Both the position numbers and the translations under genes were made by a program. Positions 56,626-64,000 of a stretch of DNA of 64,000 nt are shown here, piece after piece. The notes beneath the pieces were generated by a model. The model worked only from the letters and a program-made list of their open reading frames with translations, did not search any database and was not told the DNA's origin. The stretch is from the NCBI GenBank assembly GCA_963733675.1, contig CAVTET010000003.1, positions 96,001 to 160,000 on the forward strand, in the 5' to 3' direction. Source of the DNA: an uncultured Methanosarcinaceae archaeon. Its GTDB lineage: Archaea; Halobacteriota; Methanosarcinia; Methanosarcinales; Methanosarcinaceae. Within the stretch, counting starts at the first letter, position 1; each line of letters starts with the position of its first letter.

Positions 56626-57312
56626 ATGGACAGGCCTTTCATTTTTATCAATTCTGCTATATCAGCTGACGGTAAACTCTCAACAAGGGAAAGGAAACAG
56701 ATCCGGATCTCTGGAAAGCTTGATTTTGAACGAATGGATGATCTAAGATCTCAGGCAGATGCAGTGATGGTAGGAATAGGAACTATCCTTTCAGATGATC
56801 CAAGCCTTACTGTGAAATCTCCAGAAAGGAAAGCTGCCAGGAAAGCAGCTGGGAAAAATGAAAATCCAGCCAGAATTATTGTGGATAGTTCCGCAAGAAC
56901 CCCTGTGAATGCAGATATTTTCACAAAAGGGGATGGGATAAGAATAGTTGCAGTTTCAAATGCAGCTCCTGCAGAAAATGTAGAAAAACTGAAGAAAATG
57001 GCGCTTGTTATTAAAACGGAGACTAACAAAGTTGATCTTTCAGAGCTTGTAGAAAAATTGAAGAAAATGGGAATAAATATTCTTATGGTAGAGGGTGGTG
57101 CAACTCTTAACTGGGGCATGCTTTCTGCGGGTCTTGTTGATGAAATATATACTTTTGTAGGAAATCTTATTATTGGAGGAGCCACTTCCCCAACTTTTAC
57201 TGACGGAGAGGGATTCTCAGAAGCTGAAGTCTTAGAACTTGAACTTCTATCCATGGAAAAGATGGAGAGTGGAGTGCTTCTTAAATGGAAGGTCAAAGGA
57301 AACAGAAAATGA
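56626..57312 (+). CDS. arfC: 2,5-diamino-6-ribosylamino-4(3H)-pyrimidinone 5'-phosphate reductase
   Basis: RPFIFINSAISADGKL, DAVMVGIGTILSDDPSLTV, MVEGGATLN, GLVDEI. Confidence 0.92.
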   Translation: MDRPFIFINSAISADGKLSTRERKQIRISGKLDFERMDDLRSQADAVMVGIGTILSDDPSLTVKSPERKAARKAAGKNENPARIIVDSSARTPVNADIFTKGDGIRIVAVSNAAPAENVEKLKKMALVIKTETNKVDLSELVEKLKKMGINILMVEGGATLNWGMLSAGLVDEIYTFVGNLIIGGATSPTFTDGEGFSEAEVLELELLSMEKMESGVLLKWKVKGNRK

Positions 57313-58683
57313 AATTATTTCTTATTTTTCGCCGTCGATAACTATTAAAATATTTATAGGAGTATTAATTACTTTTACTTAACCTTAATTTGCTATTTAA
57401 GTTATTAATTGATCTGAGATTATGTTTCAGAAATCCGATTCCAGATTAAACGAAGACTTCAAGTTCATAATTACTTTTGAGAACTTTTCACATTGTGTGA
57501 TCATATCATTCTTTGAACATGTTTCAAGCAGTTCTTTTCAACATGATCTTGCATAGCCCTTTAAAAATTAATCATATGGCTCAGGTCAACTTCTTGATAA
57601 CCCCTGGTCTCTTGGCAAATTGCTTTCAATTCAGGGTATCCAAGTTTGGAATTGTAGCTTATGTAATCACTTAAGTCTTTTAGTTAGCGCAAATCAACTT
57701 TATCTGATTCATCAGCTTCCTTGTTAAGCATGTGAGAATAAATTATGCAAATTGGAGTATGGCTCTTATAAATCAACATCGCTTTTTATAAAGGAAAATA
57801 TAGAAACTATCAGGTTAAGTATAAGCAAAATAAGGAAACTAATCATCTCATAAATCACTTAACATAGTTATTCTACATATCATTAGTTAATAAAGGTGGG
57901 TACATAAGCATTATAATCATGAATATATATGAGTGATGAGCTACTTATAGGCCCAAGGTGATGTTCTCATTCGTTGGCAGAAAAAAGATTATACTGGCCA
58001 TCAAAACATCGTTTCTGGAGTCGCTAAAGTGGTTTACATGAGCTATGTGGGCTAATGGTTTCTGGTGACATTGATGAGTATGGCAGCAGTCGTGATAGAG
58101 ACCATGACATATAGAATGGCGATTTATGTGGATTTGTTGGCCATAGCGATATTATTTAATTATTTTTTATCTAGTAAGTATTTTATGTTAATTACATGAT
58201 TTAATTTAATAGTAGTTGGCATTTTCACTGACTAGCTTGAATTAATTTTTGTATTTATTTGATCATTAATTTTGACTAAAAAGATGGATCATTGCGGCTT
58301 TAGAGAATCAAAAGAATATATTTGAGCGTTAAATCCCAAGAATTTCGAATTTGGGATAATCAATCAATTTTCTGATTCAGAAACTCGTTCTGAAACTTTC
58401 ATTGATATGGAAATAAAATTAGTTTAGGGGGTTAGTTCTTAGAACTGGCATGTATAATTCAAGGAAAATGAGGAGCAAAACTAAAATTCACTGATTTTTT
58501 TTGTCCTAATAAAATTGTAAATTTTATGCTATTTCTGAAAAGAAAAATGTTGTGGGCAATGTGAAATCCCAAAAAGTAATAAAAGAGTTCACAAATATGT
58601 CTGCTGCGAATGCATCAGAGTATTCAATGATCAAACAGATACTTTCTTTAATGATCTTCGCAAAGAAGGATTCGCCATTCAGT

Positions 58684-58827
58684 GGTTGTGGTGCACAAAA
58701 TCTAGCTTTGTTGCAATATCAGTGTAAACCTTCACAATTAGGAAAATTAAGCATTCTAATCACGAGGTAAATGGTATACAAAGGTAAGAATTATAGTATG
58801 CGGAAATATTATTTTTGCACCACAACC
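58684..58827. mobile_element. 144-bp MITE with IS6-like ends
   Basis: ggttgtggtgcacaaaat ... atttttgcaccacaacc. Confidence 0.75.
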
Positions 58828-59316
58828 CATCAACCAATATCCAGAATCAGCTTGCTTCAACTGCCGTAAGCATTAAATCTAGATCAGCACGGCCTACCCC
58901 ACTTGTAGTGAGAAATAACTTGATTACTTTATATGCGAGTGCTTTGCTGGGTAAAACAACCGTCAGGATGTAGGGAGGAGGTCCAGTTTGTTAAGAGAGA
59001 TGCGATCCCCGGAATCCAGAATAATCTTTTTTACCTTAATCCAGTTTCCCGATTCTCGAGTAGGGACTATTAAGGAATTCAAAAACAATGCGTTGTGTTG
59101 CCAGACTTCCCCTTCAATAATGTTATTATGGTGCAAATAAAGCAGCTAGATGATGAAAATCTCCAATTTACACATGTGATACTTATTACGTGTATTGTAT
59201 TCTGAAATTCTTTTGCAAATTTAAAATAATTAATGAGTTAGACATAAAATACAATAGCATAAGGTGCAAAAGATTAAGCTTTGAAAACATTGTAATTCTT
59301 TTATGATGCTCTGAAA

Positions 59317-59690
59317 GGTTGTGATGCAAAAATCTCATAATGTGGAAGTAAAAATTTGGTTGCAAAGCAAAGAACATAAAAAGACAGAATATCCCTCAGA
59401 TAATATCCAGATTTAGACAGCTATTCCGAATAATCTATTTATAAAATTGACTTCATCAAGAACACATCGATTTAGAACATCAACCTGTCCTTTTTAATCA
59501 TATGCATAATTTCAATTCACTTAAGAGTCTTACTGGCCGTATAAAAAGACTGCAAACCTAATATTGGCTGACCTATCCACTTTATAGATTTATGATCCTG
59601 TTCAACAATATTATCCAAACATTTGATTTGCCGAAAGCCTACATTTTTAGAGAATATTTTAAGAAAACGCTTTGTAAAAATTGATAATTT
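59317..59690 (-). mobile_element. IS6-family remnant
   Basis: End ggttgtgatgcaaaaat; transposase tail KNVGFRQIKCLDNIVEQDHK...LGLQSFYTASKTLK. Confidence 0.75.
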
Positions 59691-61283
59691 TGATAAACTT
59701 TTACTTTTCTGCCGAATAGAACTATAAACATTCCGAAGTAAATTATATATTGCTGGTGTGTGCAGCATTATCTCAAATATCTCAAATCGATTCATAATGC
59801 ACTTTGATTTCCATAACAATTCATTTTTGCAATACTCAGACCCGTAATCTAAGTTCCATTCTATTGCAAATAAGCAGTGGCCAAATATCCTTTTACTAGA
59901 TTATACTTTCTTGTTTCAATTTCTCAAACTTTGAACATTTATATATCCTAATAGCCCAGCAACCTCACAAATGTTATTGAACTATACCCACACTTAAGCC
60001 CATCAGCAATCAAATTCCAATTAATTGTGGTTGTTATCATCTTTTGATCAACATTATTTTTGATACAAAGTAGTTTTTAATCATATCCTGATGGATCTAT
60101 AGAAATATTCTTAATAGTTCTAAGCGAATGTCATTTCTTAACGTTGTTTGGATCTTTAATTGGCTCTTTATTTGCTTCTTTACATCCCCATAATCTGATA
60201 AACCTAATATATGTTCGACAGTTGTTATTCTCTTCAAAACCTTAAGCTCAGAAGTAGCTAAAACTAATTCAAAATAAGAGTGAAGAACATCTTTAAAGCA
60301 CTCCCTGAGAAGATATAATATTCCTATCTGAACGAAAGATTTAAAAATCTAAGAAATCGTAATATTTATTAGACATCTTTCCCCTTTTGCGTGGAATGGA
60401 TTTGGATCTTAGAACTCCAAAACCGTTAATAGTTATCTTTTTTTACGATCAATACTATTTTAGTATTTGAATTTATTTTATGCAAGCATCACTAAGACTT
60501 CAATAAGTTATTTATTGATCATGTGGTACATTATTTTTATTTTTTCGCTAAAATTTAATTGAATGTATCACTATTTGATAGGTAATTATGCTTTTTTAAG
60601 GTTAGTTAAAAAACAACAATTGGAGAATTTAGTTAGTATTATATTAAGTGGTTTATCATAATTATGGGAATTTTAGTGGGTTTAATAGATTTAATTCGAT
60701 ATTAGTTGACTTTTGATTCCATTAATTAATTTAATTTGGACATTTATTTGTCGATTTAGATTTACTATTGACAATTATGGAGGAGTTGAGTTTGACGAAA
60801 ACTGATCAGCGGGCTTCAAATAGAATAATTGTTAAAGTATAACGAACTTTAAATCTCAAAATTAGCCGTTTAATAATAAGACTAGCCGTTTGATAGCAGA
60901 AATAGCCTATAAGAGCAAACCATGATAGAATTTATTCCGCAAGTGAATTATATATAGGCTTACCTATTGGTAATTATTCACTGATTAAGATATTTTTTGA
61001 ATTAACCGCTGATGTCCTATATCCCTAAAGATCTATAAATTTTTATTGACTTTGTATGATTTTATTTCATCTTAAAAACAGGAGTTAGAGTCAATAGTTT
61101 TACTACCAAATATTATGTTTCAATTGTTTTCACTGATGCATAAGTTTAAAGTAAAAATTGTGCATCAGTAATAATAAGAAAGGCCGAAATTTCTCAGCAT
61201 AAATATAGACTCTACAGCCTGTAATCTGTTACATAACTTCTGGTACACCTCAAATCAGTTTAATCATTACTTTCCTGTTAAAT

Positions 61284-61316
61284 TAAAAAAGGAGTTGTTG
61301 GACTCCTTATTTTTTA
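61284..61316 (-). terminator. Hairpin with T-tract downstream of the beta-propeller gene
   Basis: aaggagtt-gttg-gactcctt stem flanked by A and T runs. Confidence 0.45.
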
Positions 61317-61332
61317 GTTAATATTAGACGTA

Positions 61333-62697
61333 TTATCCCCATTGGAAGGGAAGAAATGTACTGTACTCAGTCTGATGGAAGAATCCATGTTTTTCTGGGC
61401 ACTCGTTTACGTTAATATGAACAGTCTTTGAAGCTGTAGTATAGTTTGTAGAATCACCTGGTACGAATGTAACATCCAAAGATTGATTCTGACCTTCTTT
61501 TAATACAGTGCCTACGTCTGGATTATAATAGAAAGTTCCAGGTAATACGTCTCCAGATGTTGGATTTGTAGCACTCGCATTTAGCTGATTACCATATCTC
61601 AATGGCATGCCATGACATATGTCAGTAGGATTGTCCCAGATAATTGTGGGAGTCGATGGATATGCCAGAGTTGTTGGATCGGTCTTTCCAAAGGTCAAAA
61701 ACCATGGATATTGCAATTCTCCGCCTGCCTTTATGAAGGAATCATATGTACCATCAGTAACATTATATCTCCTTACCTCACTATGATTTAGGACATTTGA
61801 TATCGGAGCAAAAAGCCTTCCATCTGGCCCGAATAGTATTGCTGATGCATATGTCCTATTCGCGTTTGTTACCCCGGCTGCATCAAGGTCGATCTTTCTC
61901 TGAAACACTCCTTCTTTTGAGTAAATCCGAATAGAATCCGTATCAGTTTGATCTGCCCTGAAGCTTGTGATATAGAGATTTCCGTCAGGACCGAATACAA
62001 GTCCGATTGGATGATTCAATTTACCAACACCGCCAGTATCGTTAATGAAATCGTCTTTAAAGCTTCCATCTGGATAAAAGCGAAGTACATGACCTCCAAG
62101 TCCATTAGAAATATCCCGAAGCGATACATAAAGATTACCATCTGGACCAAATAAAATCCCACGAGGATGGTAATTTAGAGGTTGGATAACATTTTGAATG
62201 AGATTTCCGAGGAACATTCCATTGTTTTCGTTGTAAACACTAACATTGCCTGGTATTCCGAAATCTCCTAAATCTGCTACATATAATTTAGAGTCTTTCA
62301 CGATAATACCGTTTGGCGCATAAGGCGCATTTTTGTCTATATAATTAACTAATGCTGTTTCGAAAACTCCTGTTTTTCCATTGAATCGCAATATATCACC
62401 AGGTATAGGTAGACCCAAATTTTGATTAGCTACCAGAAGATTTCCATTTTTCTCAAATAGTATCCCATTTGGTCCATCTAATCCTCCACTATTTTAACTT
62501 ACTAAAATTTTAGTAAAATTGCCTGAATTCGCATCGAATTGTGTAACTGTACCGTTGCCTGCCTGATCTCCGATGTACAGGAAATCTTCACCTGTATCTG
62601 TTATGCTTGGACTTACTGCACTTGCTGTAGCTGTCATTGACAGTAAAAAACAAAAGGCCAGCAAAATTGATATTGTATTTTTTATTTGCTTTCTCAT
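61333..62697 (-). pseudogene. Secreted NHL/Vgb-type beta-propeller protein with C-terminal Ig-like domain and one in-frame TAA at 62494-62496
   Basis: Signal-peptide ORF 62494..62697 is in frame with 61333..62418 through ILVS*NSGGLDGPNGILFE; repeated P.GL.FGPDGNLY motifs. Confidence 0.8.
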
Positions 62698-62803
62698 ATA
62701 TTTATCCGCTCCTTATTTTCAAAATGCCATTATTGATGAGAAAAAGCTTAAGTAACCGTCTCCTTTTTAAGTGAATACTCGTAATTTTCCTCGTTTGAGA
62801 ACC

Positions 62804-62933
62804 GAGCTCATCCCAAAACTATTCTTGTTTCAAATCATTAAGAGTCCCAAAATTATTCTCCATAATCATAAACTCGTTTGATAATTCAAAATACGAACTT
62901 TTGAGAAGCAATTTTGAGTTTTGGGATATGTTC
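62804..62933. mobile_element. 130-bp MITE with IS5-like ends
   Basis: gagctcatcccaaaact ... agttttgggatatgttc. Confidence 0.65.
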
Positions 62934-62944
62934 GTCATTAAAGT

Positions 62945-63040
62945 TCAGCCCCCCCAGTTGTCTCCACCTGCTAACGCAGGAAGAACCATTAATGCATATA
63001 GCAATAATGTAATCAACAGCAATTTAATTTTCACGCTCAT
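62945..63040 (-). pseudogene. Signal-peptide-only gene stub next to the MITE
   Basis: GGAGGTGA RBS, MSVKIKLLLITLLLYALMVLPALAGGDNWGG* ending in a G7 run. Confidence 0.45.
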
Positions 63041-63721
63041 GGAATTTCACCTCCGTTTCTGTATTTATTTCTTATAATCAATATTAACAAACTTGTATAC
63101 AATATTCAGTGAGTTTAATTCTATACGAGAGCGGGACTTATGCACGTCAAATCAAAAATGAGCCCGTCAGACGTTTTTTTGACTTGGCATGTTATTCTAT
63201 GGAACCCACAATAAAATCTTCTGAGTGAGCCCAGGTAAGTCGTTGTTTGGAACAAACTGAAACCCCATACATTGACTTCTATTTAACGGTAGGTAGCTTT
63301 GTGTTTGTAGTTTTGATGCTATATGTTTTCTCAGTTTATGATTATAATGTAAGAAATGTTTATCTCTATACCTTCGAATTTTTTTTGGAATATTATTCAG
63401 AATTAATTATTTTATATTATTTATAAAAACGGAGATCATAGTGGATATTGAAATAAACCTCTAGAAGTATATGATCAGAAAATTTCTAGTGGTTTTTTTC
63501 TTCCCGTACATATGCTAAAAGTTAAATCTGTGTTGCTTCCGTCATTTGTGTCTTATTCTTTTTAGGCCAATTTATTAATCTAATTCGATATCTTTTGGCG
63601 TTTTTACTGATTAAATCTAATTAATATTAGGATTTATTCGTCAGTTTATCAAAAAATGATATTTATTTGAGAATTAATTTTGATGGATATCGAGAAATTG
63701 ACACTGATTTTAAGAATCAAA

Positions 63722-63904
63722 ATGGTATATCTAAGCGGTGAATCCCAAGAAAAAGCATGTGGCAAAGCAATTGAAATTAACCCACCGAATTCAATAGCTT
63801 GGAACAATAAAGGACTTACCCTAAGCAGCTTAGGCAAGTACAATGAAGCCATAAAAGCATATGACAAGGCAATTGAAATTAACCACAGGATTCAGAAGCC
63901 TTGA
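63722..63904 (+). pseudogene. TPR protein fragment
   Basis: KAIEINPPNSIAWNNKGLTLSSLGKYNEAIKAYDKAIEIN. Confidence 0.7.
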
Positions 63905-64000
63905 ACAAGAAAAATACTTTATCCAAAAAGATTAAATGAATCCAATTTGTAGATTGAATCGTTACTTAATTTTCATTTATTTTTATTATTCGCGAGATAA

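Noticed and set aside
57440-57780. Possible aminotransferase-like remnant (SYNSKLGYPELK)
   Set aside because: The similarity rests on one short motif, which is too weak to call
60860-60910. Short ~20-bp tandem tagccgttt repeat
   Set aside because: Only about 2.5 degenerate units with no supporting context

Overview
This is an AT-rich archaeal window, almost certainly from Methanosarcina or the Methanosarcinaceae. The evidence is carS, a Kae1-Bud32 fusion, rps17e, uS15, a Cam-type carbonic anhydrase, PKD/C1A surface proteins and GGTGA-type ribosome-binding sites. Intact housekeeping blocks (carS-pyrE, purD-argF-tRNA-Leu, copA/mrp, kae1-bud32/ITPase, aldolase-pyk, rps17e-dapA-dapB, rps15, amidohydrolase-usp-CBS-arfC) alternate with long tracts of decayed genes, IS remnants (IS6, IS5, IS200/605, IS701-like) and several MITE families, which suggests ongoing genome erosion. 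The most notable item is a fully intact six-gene minus-strand cluster at 45756-51553. It encodes an acyl carrier protein, an AMP-forming acyl ligase, a PP-loop amidotransferase-like ATPase, a NadE-like ATPase, a DUF362/4Fe-4S protein and a hexapeptide acyltransferase, so it is a candidate ACP-dependent acylation/amidation system in an archaeon. Other points of interest are a cam gene with a single in-frame amber codon (possible pyrrolysine readthrough), a secreted Met-rich N-x-S repeat peptide near the copper locus, a copZ with an ATA start, a degenerate second tRNA-Leu, a nested element with ~82-bp inverted repeats, and a duplicated 177-aa orphan gene. All calls come from reading the sequence by eye; no database searches were run.
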